The notes below the pieces were generated by a model, which searched no databases, had not been told where the DNA came from, and saw nothing but the letters and a program-made list of their open reading frames with translations. A DNA stretch of 64,000 bases from Oopsacas minuta (taxonomy: Eukaryota; Animalia; Porifera), in the NCBI GenBank assembly GCA_024704765.1, contig JAKMXF010000122.1:62001-126000 (forward strand), given 5' to 3'. A program made the translations under genes and the position numbers. Numbering within the stretch: position 1 is the stretch's first letter; each line of letters starts with the position of its first letter. This document shows positions 11,012 through 22,009 of this stretch, in pieces.

Positions 11012-14000
11012 CGCAGTGTGGCAATATGGGGAAATAGGCATATTTTAAAAAACATATTTCAATGCATTTTTCGAATTCTCCATAGTTCAATTAGTACGAA
11101 AATATCATTGGCAGCATTAGAAGCAGTTAGGAATCCTAACTACGCACAACTTTGTTATGTGTTTCTAATAATAGAAATATATATTTTCAAACCTCAAATT
11201 CCTATGCCCTAATGTATGTAATCATATTTGATGTAAATACTAAATATAAGAGTGAAAAACATCTTCTGATAATAAATCTATATTGTAACAACAATTTAAT
11301 CATTGATAGGTTAGTCTAGATATTCATTTGTACTTTTTTCCGGGTGTCTAGTTTGGCCCTCCCAAAGTTATAATTTGGAATTTTTTCTCATTGATTGAAG
11401 TGTAGCATCTCTTGTTTGACAAAATTTGACAAAACGTTATTAATATATAAGTAATGTTACTATATTTAGTCAACTATTTAATCACTTTCCAGGCTTGCCA
11501 AAAGCTGCCCAAAAATTTATCACCTCATTCATTGTCCGGACCGGACAAAAATCCGAAAAATATATTTTTCATACGTTTTAAATTTTTTCAGTAAAATTCT
11601 ATATTTTGCTGGTTATTAGTTATTCCAATACTCTACAATCATATATCATAATGTTTCTATGTTAAAGTAGCCCTTTTGCGGATCATGTCTGTACTAATCA
11701 CCAACAATGAGGCATATAGTTTGTATATTTCGAATGGAAGAAGTGTTACAGTCTCTGTTAGGAAACTTATTGAGAACAACCATTTATCCGAAGAAGAAAC
11801 TGCTACTCTTCATTTAAAATTTAAATCACTTCTAACATCCAGAGAGGCTTACCGCAGGAAGGATCTTGAAACATGGGATAATATGATTTTCCACTCTACT
11901 CATCTAACAATATCCAATCCAAGAAAGAGAATATCGCTTGATCCTGAATTTTCTTTAGTCACTGATTCTGAAAATCGAAACTTTTCAGAACAGATTGTAA
12001 CTGAATCCCGGAAGCATATTCTCGAATGTCACATGAAGACTTCCAGATCGAGACTTGGTGTTCTTTTAGAGCATGTGGACTTTTTAGCAGAGAGAGAAAA
12101 GATTGAGCCTAAACAACTACTCGCTCTAGCTTTAGAATTAGTCTCAAATAAATCCTATGACCGTGATACTTCAGACATGTGCAGAGAAATAATTGATAAG
12201 GGATCTTTTAGCGGTGTATTGAACAAAGTACAAATCTCTAAATGTGCTTATATATTGGACAGATTAGAAATTGGGGCGAGTAAATACACGAATCTGAAAA
12301 GAATTCTCAAAGGTGATGTTAAGCTTCCTTCCTATAAACTTGTCTCGCAATATCGTAGGGAAATAAGCCTAATAAATGAAATGGAAATAGTCAGAGACCC
12401 CGAAGCATTGTCAATTGGGACTTGCGTCTCTTATCATTCCATCCTTAGTCTGACCATTCAACGCTTGCTTTCAACATTAGACCCAGTTCCTGATTCACAC
12501 TACCCACTCAAAATTAAGATATCTGATGGATTGGATGGCTCCGGTTGTCATCAAACCTATAACCAACAAAGCAACAATTCTGCATTAAGCACAAAAACTT
12601 TCATTTTGTTCGGATTCAAAGTAATATCAATTACAGACACACTTGGAAATGACGTGTTCTATAACAGCTCACCCAACTCTCCGTTCTGCTTTAGGCCAGT
12701 AGCACTGATAGCTCTGAAAGAAGATTATTCTAGTGTAAAGCTTATCATGAATACAATAGTCAATCCTCAAACAGACCATATCATACAGGATGGGTTATCT
12801 CTTATTGGAGGCCATGCACAGGTCGAGATAGTCCGTTCCCTTTTTGATACCAAGATGGCAGGATTGCTGGATGGAGCTGGTGGGGCTTCTTGTCATCTGT
12901 GTACTGCAACGGATAGCCAAATTAAAAGTTTAGAATGGGCCCATTCTGGTTTCCCTATTAACAGACTAATTAGCGACGCTCGGCAACTTTTTGAAGAGGT
13001 TGATGAAGAAGATTACTTGAAACTCCCATCAAATCAACGTGTTGGTATTACGCATCAACCAACTTCTAACATCGATATTATAGCTGCATCTCCTTTGCAT
13101 GCTTACCTTTGTGTATTCAGGTGGTTCATGCTGTTGATATACCATCTTGATGCAGGACACAAGGTATGGGCGCCATCAAACTCGAAAGTAAATTTTTCCA
13201 TGAAACGGGTTCGAGCTATACTCCAGGAAAGATGTAATTTCAGTGTCGATATCCCTTCAAGCCAGGGCGGCACTTCAACCACTGGTAACATTGCGCGAGA
13301 CTGCTTTTTAAATAAGAGAGACTTTTTGACGTGGGCCACTTCTTCCATTAATCCTTCAGATAAAATATCATTAGAGAAGATCCAGACAAATCTATCTGTT
13401 TTGTTAAGACTCCTCAACAGTGGTGACTTGATTAACTGTGACAAAATGCAAGAATTGTGCAAAGAAACGTACGAATTTATTCTAATTGAGTACCCATGGG
13501 CAAGCATCACTCCATCTTTGCACAAGTTACTTGCCCATTCGTTTCAGTTAATAGGTGCTTATAATAATGGTAAGGGATTACAGAATCTCTCTGAGGAATG
13601 TTTAGAATCCTGCAATAAATTTGTAAGGCGGTATCGGGAGAATCTTGCAAGAAAAACTTCTTTCACTGATAATGTTAGAGATATTTTAGTCAGGTTGTTA
13701 TGTTGTAGTGACCCCATCTTAGTACAGAATCGTTTGATGCACGCAAAGAAGAAAAGAGACGTTGCAAATAGCCTCCAAGAGATATTATATAATAGTATAC
13801 TATCAGATGATTTATGATAATAAGTATACCCAATAGTCATACATAATTAAGGGTCTTTAAATTGTACGTTATCAAATAGCAGAATAGAGACCATGACATG
13901 CATGTATTATCAACTTTCATAATATCCTCACTAATGAACCACAAGTGTTAAAAATTAGAAAATGTCAGTAATTACGTCATAACTAGGTTTATAGTCGTGC

Positions 14001-14123
14001 TACTAAATAATCATTGGTATTTTTGAAATCTACAGTGTCGATTTAGTATATGTAAGTATAATTGTGGCGATAATACAGATTCATTTACCTATTTCCCCAT
14101 TATGGCCATTTTGCCACACTGTG
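11012..14123 (+). mobile_element. Complete RAG1-like / Transib transposon with RSS-like heptamer termini and 5-bp TSD
   Basis: TSD GGCCG at 11007-11011 and 14124-14128. Left end CGCAGTG-tggcaat-ATGGGGAAATAGG; right end (reverse complement) CACAGTG-tggcaaaatggccata-ATGGGGAAATAGG. Removing the element and one TSD restores the mariner reading frame. Confidence 0.95.
11685..13817 (+). CDS. RAG1-core-like (Transib/RAG1L) DDE transposase, ~710 aa, uninterrupted
   Basis: Numbering follows the 713-aa track ORF. D284 (ISDGLDG, cf. RAG1 SCDGMGD), D391 (LFDTKM, cf. GYDEKL) and E644 (SEECLESCNK, cf. SEGNESGNK). Zinc ligands are C406/C409 (CHLC) and H616/H621 (LHKLLAH). Also SPLHAYL, TTGNIAR and an NBD-like segment from R112. 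Confidence 0.93.
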   Translation: MSVLITNNEAYSLYISNGRSVTVSVRKLIENNHLSEEETATLHLKFKSLLTSREAYRRKDLETWDNMIFHSTHLTISNPRKRISLDPEFSLVTDSENRNFSEQIVTESRKHILECHMKTSRSRLGVLLEHVDFLAEREKIEPKQLLALALELVSNKSYDRDTSDMCREIIDKGSFSGVLNKVQISKCAYILDRLEIGASKYTNLKRILKGDVKLPSYKLVSQYRREISLINEMEIVRDPEALSIGTCVSYHSILSLTIQRLLSTLDPVPDSHYPLKIKISDGLDGSGCHQTYNQQSNNSALSTKTFILFGFKVISITDTLGNDVFYNSSPNSPFCFRPVALIALKEDYSSVKLIMNTIVNPQTDHIIQDGLSLIGGHAQVEIVRSLFDTKMAGLLDGAGGASCHLCTATDSQIKSLEWAHSGFPINRLISDARQLFEEVDEEDYLKLPSNQRVGITHQPTSNIDIIAASPLHAYLCVFRWFMLLIYHLDAGHKVWAPSNSKVNFSMKRVRAILQERCNFSVDIPSSQGGTSTTGNIARDCFLNKRDFLTWATSSINPSDKISLEKIQTNLSVLLRLLNSGDLINCDKMQELCKETYEFILIEYPWASITPSLHKLLAHSFQLIGAYNNGKGLQNLSEECLESCNKFVRRYRENLARKTSFTDNVRDILVRLLCCSDPILVQNRLMHAKKKRDVANSLQEILYNSILSDDL

Positions 14124-15387
14124 GGCCGTCCTCCTTCCTCGACAGATGACGTCCATATTCATCAAATTCGTCAATTAATTGAAGCTGAAGCTAAACAGTC
14201 AGTTCGAATCCTAGCTGATGCAACTGAGATTAGTAGAGAATCGGTTAGATGCATCTTAGTTGAGGTACTGGGGTTGAGAAAGGTCTGCTCTGTCTGGGTC
14301 CCACACTTGCTTTCCAAGGCTAACATGGACTCTAGGGTGGTCTGTGCTCAAGAAATCGTCGAGAGATGATTGATAAATACTCAATGGCCGAACTTCTAAG
14401 GTGTTGGGCTACTGAGGACGAGAGTTTGGTGTTCTTTGATCCTCATCTAACAAAGGCAGAGAACAAAGCATGGCAGGCCCCTGATCAGAAGCGTCTTCGA
14501 GTTGTCCAACCTCAAATGACAAATCGTAAGGCATTAACCATTTTGGCATTTACTGGTGATAGTAAATTCAGCGTTGCTCTCCCACCCACCAAAGGGCCAA
14601 TAAATGCAGAGGTATATATTGACTTTATTCAATCCACAGGAGAACGATGGCGTAAACCTCACTTAAATACAACAAAAATTCTGATTTATGGTGGCAACAT
14701 GACAAAGTTAGACCCCATACTGCTAGAGCGACAATGGAATACCTTAAAAGGAGGGATATGATGTTAATTAAACAATCGCCATACAGCCCAGACTTGAATC
14801 AGTGCGATATGTGGGTTTCAAGGACCTTAAAAAGCATCTACGGCAAGATGAATATTCTAGTGCAGAAGAAATCCAAGAGAAAACGCTGCAATTCATGAGA
14901 CAGCTACCACCAGAACGTTTCCGACAGAAATTCAAAGATTTTATAGGCATTGTAAGTCTGTGATTGAATGTATGGGGATTACGTTTCATAAATCCAATAT
15001 GATAACTTATTAAACTCTCCTAAATAATCACGTAGAAATCGAGTCTCATTACTTTTGTGTCTCACCAAGTATATTCATATAGAAACAACTTGACTAGACT
15101 TGACAACTATGAAGTTGTGAGGATTGAAGTAATCATGTATTGCCCCTAACAATGTATTTTCATTTTGAGAGATTCGTTATGAGTGAATCCGAATTACTAC
15201 ACGACTTTAACCAATGGAATATCTGCCTACATTCATAATTTCAAGTATGTAGCTTTCGCCAGTTCGTCGATATGTAGCATCGTGAAATACGTAATATAAG
15301 GACTAGAAACTAAAATTAATTTCTTGACCAGGGAAGATAAGATGTGTATTGATTCGAACTGCAAATAACTCATGTTATTAACAAATA

Positions 15388-15572
15388 CAGTGGAGTCTCC
15401 CAAAACAGACATTCCTAGAAACGGATAACACGCTACAACGGACAAACCTCGTAGCACGGTTTGAATTTGCCAAGCATGTAATTACTACTAAAGCAGTCTC
15501 CGAGGAGCGCACATTTCTCTAAAACAACAGATACCATGTCCCCAACGTGTCCGTTATTCGGAGACTCCACTG
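15388..15572. mobile_element. Tc1/pogo-type MITE
   Basis: TA|cagtggagtctcc ... ggagactccactg|TA. Confidence 0.75.
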
Positions 15573-16172
15573 TATACTGAAGCATAGCCAACTTAAAATA
15601 TGGCCTAATTGTAAAGTACCAGAGATGCAGTTTTAACTAAAAGCATTAATACACATGGTTCCTAAAATACAGAAACTGCATTTTGCCTGAATAAATGCCG
15701 TCACTTGATGCGAGATACCATATCAAATGTATCACTAAGGTATGGGATGTCGGCATATGTTCCGCGGCATGTTGTGATTTGCGGAAAGTGGGAATTCCTG
15801 CTTGGCGCAACCAAGTTGGGATATTTTGTATAGGTAGAAGCGATATTTCCCTCTGTTTAATGTTAGACATGCCTCTAGGGAGTCGGCTTCTCCCTCGTTC
15901 TTGGTGTGTGCATATGAAGCGATAGTGGCATGTGTAGAAGGATTTTTATCGACTAGTTAATTAAAATAGGTTTACTGTCGTATTGGTTGGTTATGTCCCT
16001 ATTTTGATTGCAGTGAAGAATTCCCTTGGAATAGTGCCAAATTTAACTCCCATTAGGGAGTAATTCGTTAATTATCATTGCCGAAATCTGTTATGAAATA
16101 TACGCATTAATATTTCACAATGCATTAACCCCTACTTTCCCCTGCGTTAAGTGTGAATATATCTCTATAGAA

Positions 16173-17560
16173 CAGTGGCGGACACTTGACGAAATATTGG
16201 GGGGGGATTAGTTGGGACTCATCATACTTCCGGTTTTCTTAGCCAGTACCCTAAATAACTTCATATTCTCAGCGGTTGAATTGTGGTTTACATGTGTTTT
16301 TTGTATTGTATAATAGAAAGTGGTTATGAAAAGGTCGCGCAAAATTTTACCAATAACGTCATGCTTCGCTAAAGGGTGGAAATAGACGCCGAAAACGTTA
16401 CTTAGAATAGCTCTCTAACCAGTACAGAAACCCTAATCCTATCTACACCCGCGCATTCTGCGACAGTTACTTAATTGACTCCTACAATTTCAGTTGATCA
16501 AGACGTATCAGTGAGTGGCCTTGGAACTTTGATTGAAGGACCATCTCAGTCAAAATTACTGTCCTATCCGAGAGACCAGAAGATCATTCTTTTCCAGCAA
16601 TCTGGCATACTAGCTTCCCATGGCTTGAATACAGCATCTCAAAAGACAAGGAGTTTTTTTGCGTGTAGAAACTTTAGCCATGAACATCAAGAAAGCGATA
16701 CACCATTTACTAAAGTTGTTTCTACCTTGTCAAAGGCGATGGAAACCAATCGCGGTTTTAAGTCCCATGACGCAAGCTCTGATCACCTGCTTTCCATGAC
16801 TCTCTGGGAAAGTTACAACACTCAGATAAAGAATCCAGCAACCGGCATTTGAGATATGTTAGACCGTGAGAGGCCATCTATAGTGGAAAATAATCGAGAA
16901 TACATGTAAACACTGTTGGAGTATCATCGGTACTTGTATTCTGAGGAGATAGCATATAGAGGACACGATGAAACTGATAAATCTCTTAATGCGGGAAAGT
17001 GGAAAGAATTTTTCAAGGCTATATTATGCACTACCCAACAATTAAACAACTGCACGGGAAGATGATACAACAATATAAAGCCTATGATTACACGTCAAAG
17101 CATGCTCATTCGATTTGAAAAGCGTTAGTCCCTGAGGTTCGTCATCAAATTAAGAAACAATTAAAAGCGTAGGGAAGTATGAGGGTCATGAAGAGCTGTT
17201 CACCTGTTTTAGATCTGTAAAGGAAGGACAAATCGAGAGAGATTTTATGACCTCACAAGTCTAAAGGAAACTGATGCCTAGACATTGGTCGAAGGAGTTT
17301 TACCAACCACTGAAAAACTGCGTTCTTCCGCCACGCTATTGGCCCTTGGAGCAGACTGCGCATCTGTTATGTGCGGGTGTCACGAATGTGTAGCTGCTAA
17401 ACTAAACTTCCATTATGTTGCGCAGCGTTTGAATTTGATCGTACCTGCTTTTTATCGAACAGTTACTGAAGCAAATAATATAAACGTCTAGAAGTCCTTG
17501 CATGCATTTTCCACGTCGCCAGCCACAGGAAATATTTGAAGCTGTTTAAAAGGAGTGTCA
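16173..17560 (+). mobile_element. Degenerate hAT transposon (ZMYM1/TTF-zinc-finger type)
   Basis: Starts CAGTGGCGGA followed by a G-run. Broken ORF pieces: CRNFS..FKSHDASSDH (TTF-like), IAYRGHDE, DCASVMCG (cf. DGASVMSG) and HYVAQRLNL (cf. HCYAHRLNL). The right boundary is uncertain. Confidence 0.7.
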
Positions 17561-20500
17561 ACTTGTTCAAAGTTATCGCTCCAAATAGGAAATCCTACTT
17601 CGCGTTTCTCCAAGCAGGAATATAACTCAATAGAAAATTTATTTAAACTTGGTTGCGCCAAGTAGGAATTTTCTTGCGCATTGGCGCAGAACATATATAC
17701 ATACATTTATTGAGGGAAATTCACTGTAATATAGAAACCAAGTACAGAAATCTTTTTCAGCTAATACTGCATCCCTGGTACCAAATTTAGGAGTTACTGT
17801 TTTGCCTTATGTTTAGTAATCTAAGACTGAAGCTTTCATAAGTTTCACATTTATGATGTGATGAATCACACAATCCACATCTAGAAAATATTTTCAGGTC
17901 GAAAAGACGTCATGTGCATGTGCTTGCCTAATTTGCTGATATGTTCGAAAAACTACTCCAAATTTGAGAAACTATAGACGCAAAGTATTGATCTTTGATT
18001 TTAAAGTTCAATTATGAAATATTCGAAATAAATTTTATTAGATGCTAAGATCTCGTATTTAGTGCGGGAATTGGTTAAAACGAAGTGGTAAAATTGTACT
18101 GTTCTTTCATTACAAACTTAACACTTCGGTCGTAATTGGTTAAACCCATAATCCAAAGTAGTCCTCAATGTCGGCGGCCAAATTTGAATTTTTTCTTCTG
18201 TCTGTTGAGCGATTTATTTAAACGAATCGAAATAATTTTCCCATTCTAATAAATTTGATACTTATTGGTTGATGGTTCGTTAAATCAAGCTAAATCGTGT
18301 GGTTATCTTCGTGACTATAGATTCAATATTTTTTGAAATTGTTGTTATTATTTCAAGTAGAGGAAGGTGAATCGTACATGCAAATTTTTGATGGATATAT
18401 TTAGTCCAAAATTTATAACCTCCCTGAAGGTGAGCAACAACATCTACGGAATTGATCACAAGTAAAATGTTTTGTTTTTATGAATATATATTAAACAAAT
18501 AGTTGAATTCTCAAAATATAATCAGAGACTTGCTCTTAACAGCTATACTAGGGTAATAAAGTATGCTGAATGCGAATTTCGCATTCTCAAGTTTCTCATA
18601 TGTAATCTACCGTTGTTTTTTATTAATATAGACTGAACAAATTTTCCCAGTCTTAAAATATAGTTAAAGACTTGCACTTAGTTGCCACAATGGGAATGAA
18701 ATAATAAAGTACGTTGAATAAGAATTTCACACATTCAAATTAATCATGTGTAAATACAAGTTGTTCCTATGAAAATTCCGAGGCACGAAGTGGCGAGTTA
18801 CATGCGAAAATAGCGTTTGCAAGCCGCACAAGGCGAGTAAGCGAAAAGATTCTTATAGATGAAATTATTTTGAAATATTGCTTTGGTTACAAAGTTAGTT
18901 GTTTTATTTCAATTCATTAAAGCCATTCTATATATTATTGTTTCAAAGCTGTAAAGTACATTTGTACCGCTGAGTGTTCAAAGTCAATTAGGAAAAATTG
19001 GGTCAATCAAAATGATTGTGACTATACATTCTTTTCTCCCAAGATTCAAAATATTTGCAATTCTACTCACCCAGTAAATTTCAAAAGCATCTTTTCAGGT
19101 AAATTTAAATAATATAACATTCATTCACATTTTTTATTCCATTCCTTGGAATTTAGGATTTAAAAAATAATTGAGCATATAAAAGAAGCTCATTAGTACA
19201 ATCACGGTTAATACGAATAATTATTCACATAAAATCAGGTCTTACGATGGTTTTTAATTGACATTACTCCGGTTAAGAAATACACTTTTCGAAAGTACTC
19301 TCGTGTACTTATTAATACGGTTCTACTTTAATTATGCAGTTGAAAATCTAAAAATACTCTTACCCCTGGTCCAAAATACTGAAATGGCTTTTGTTTCAGT
19401 AAGCTATGAAATCCCTTTGTGTGAATATCGAGGTATTCATTCAATCCATGGTCCAATATTTTAATGACGACCATTGGCAGGGATTGATTACCTTAATCGT
19501 GATCCCGATTTCAATCCCGGATTAAGACATCAGTAATAAATTTTAATGGAACAGTTTTTCTCATTTACTAAGTATAAAGGTTAAATTACTGTATGTCTAA
19601 TTAGAAATATAGTTCACGTTATTGCCAAGTTGGATATAAGAAACTCCCGTTATAACAAAATGATCCTTTACTCCCTATAAGGTGAAATAATTGATTTACT
19701 CCGCTTACAACAAATACCGCTTATAAAGGTATGAAATCATGGTATAAACTCTTTGTTATGATGAGAGATTACTTAATATTCATGATATATATCATAACAT
19801 TGTTTCAGGTGATTGCTACGTGCAAAAGTATCTATATCTACAAGCAAGGTTTTAATCACTCGAATGGAATTAAGTAATCATAAACCCTAACCGATATTTT
19901 GATAATGTTTGGTTACCCAAACCTATGGTATTAGGCGATCCTCAATTAAAGGATCTAGATCCCGATCCTGTCTTAATTTATGGCCGACACTCTTAAATTC
20001 TAAAGCATTTTCGATCCGATCACGATCCAATTTATGATCGCCTTAGTGAAGACGGATTTTCGAAATACAGTTGAATACTCGAATACTATTGCTGGAAGTT
20101 TTGATTATATAATATGAGATGATATGATTATCTATATACTCCTGGACAGTGTTTTCTTAAGCATAATTAGTTGGTACAAATGCACATTTAATATGTAACG
20201 TGCTAAGTACCCATATCATCACATTTTGGGATGAGGGAACTCTAATTATTTGCAAGGCCCTCAACCAAATCGTAAAATAAACTAACAATGCCTACCTACT
20301 CTTCTCCATCAATTATTTTCATATTGGCACTAATTAGAAAGGAAAATTATCGGATAAGACGTACTTCGGTTAGTACTTACTAATTTTTGTTTCTCTAGGG
20401 AATACGTTTTTATCCAAGTTCTAATTGTTCATAAGTTTGGATTGTCGAGTTAGAAATAATCTGTGCACTTTAGTCGGTTTCAATTAAGAATATAGAACTA

Positions 20501-20658
20501 CGTACTTTAAAAAATTTGCAAAGGATGGGATCTTTTGAGAAAATTATCCAATCCCGATCACGATCCTACTTTATCCCTATTCCATCACGTGGCCACGTCC
20601 CTGGATTCGCCGTCATCTAATTCCTGTTTATTGAAGTTTTATATTTTATCATAGCATC

Positions 20659-21627
20659 ATGGCTGTAATTGCAAATGCTTATCCAGAACCAAAGCTTCAT
20701 CACTTACTCATCGCTTCATCATTTGGGGGTATTTGTTCAGGATTTATTACACTACCTTTCGATGTTCTTAAAGTTAGGCTGCAATCTTATTCTATAGACA
20801 TAAATACAAGTTCACAAAATTTTTGTAATAGATATGTTCAAAGTCTTTGTGTATGTGTGGATACCTGTGATATCTACCGTCCTGTATTTGGGAAAAATCA
20901 GTTTTCTAGCACTTATTCAATGTTCAAGATAATTTTGAAGGAGACTGGACCTAAAGGATTTTGGAGAGGATTAACCCCTACGTTAATCCAATCAATACCT
21001 CAAGTTACAACATACTATACATTATATCAAAAATTTAAGCACTATTTCACCTACAATTCTAATATATCAAGTTCTTTAGTACCAGCTATTGCAGGAGTAG
21101 GTTCCAGAACTATTACATGCTTTATGGTCGCACCATTAGAACTGTTTCGAACGAATCTACAATCTTCTCCAACATTTTCCTTTCGGAATATCTACAGTTC
21201 TATAAAAGTGAATGGCTATTTCTCGTTATGGCGTGGCTTTTCTCCAATGCTAGTTCGAGATATGCCTTTCACTGCAATTTATTGGAGTGGATTTGAACTA
21301 ATGAAGGTTCAATTACAGTTGTTATTTGCACCTCAACCCAGGACAATTGGAGATCTATACATAACTTTTATTTCAGGTTGGGTATGTGGTTCAGTTGCGG
21401 CTGCACTTACAACACCCTGCGATGTACTGAAAACTAACATTGAGGTTTCATTACAAGACCAGAAAATAATGAATAGGACTATATACAAAACTATCCTAGA
21501 CATTCATTCAGAGTTTGGGATTGGAGGATTCTTTAAAGGATTAATACCAAGATGTGCCAAAATTGGTCCTGCTTGTGCAATAATGATTGTAACATTTGAA
21601 TTAGTTATTAATTTGTTTAATCAATGA
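20659..21627 (+). CDS. Mitochondrial carrier, SLC25A39/SLC25A40-like, intronless, 322 aa
   Basis: Three carrier signatures (PFDVLKVRLQ, PLELFRT, PCDVLKT), a Cys-rich first matrix loop (LCVCVDTC) and a C-terminal KIGPACAIMI typical of this subfamily. Confidence 0.88.
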   Translation: MAVIANAYPEPKLHHLLIASSFGGICSGFITLPFDVLKVRLQSYSIDINTSSQNFCNRYVQSLCVCVDTCDIYRPVFGKNQFSSTYSMFKIILKETGPKGFWRGLTPTLIQSIPQVTTYYTLYQKFKHYFTYNSNISSSLVPAIAGVGSRTITCFMVAPLELFRTNLQSSPTFSFRNIYSSIKVNGYFSLWRGFSPMLVRDMPFTAIYWSGFELMKVQLQLLFAPQPRTIGDLYITFISGWVCGSVAAALTTPCDVLKTNIEVSLQDQKIMNRTIYKTILDIHSEFGIGGFFKGLIPRCAKIGPACAIMIVTFELVINLFNQ

Positions 21628-22009
21628 AAATTGCTTGGGTAGCATAGGCTCAACTTTGCACTCAGTTCTGGAGGGCGACATAGTGAATGAATCAATTAAC
21701 CCCCAAGCAGTACTTCTAGAGTCTAGACCCCTAAGAAATAATGCCTAGCCACCACTTGTTATGTATAACCAACAAAAATATAGAAAACAGCTTTCTGTAT
21801 CGCATCTCCCTATGCCCTTTTAATTTATCAAAGTGGATTTGTATAGTAGGCAATTATTGGAAATACATAAATAGTTGTTCATTCGTCTTATCTGTCATAA
21901 TTCATTAAGTTGACACTCCATAATGTAATCCCCGACTAAATCCGCCTATATTGAATTATACTTTCATACCCTACAACAGTACATTTAGTTTGTTTCAAAA
22001 ATCTAGATT

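Larger units (their letters stand above)
10628..15069 (+). mobile_element. Mariner transposon interrupted by the RAG1-like element (empty length ~1,325 bp)
   Basis: 28-bp TIRs cttggtgagacgcaaaagtagtgagatt and (reverse complement) cttggtgagacacaaaagtaatgagact, with TA on both sides (10626-27, 15070-71). The degenerate transposase starts at ATG 10819 (MNLDKEHFRAYIFIEF), reads ..DDPRVGR|PPSS.. across the insertion, then WVPHLL, TEDES and PYSPDLNQCD. Confidence 0.92.

Noticed and set aside
11019-11060. Canonical RSS nonamer (ACAAAAACC) at 12 or 23 bp from either heptamer
   Set aside because: Not present at either end; the conserved second block is ATGGGGAAATAGG.
13103-13840. Antisense ORFs (140 aa and 93 aa) inside the RAG1-like element as a convergent RAG2L gene
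   Set aside because: They fully overlap the transposase coding strand and show no kelch or PHD features; they are shadow ORFs.
15646-15925. Short Cys-rich ORFs on both strands
   Set aside because: No motif could be assigned with confidence; probably a decayed repeat fragment.
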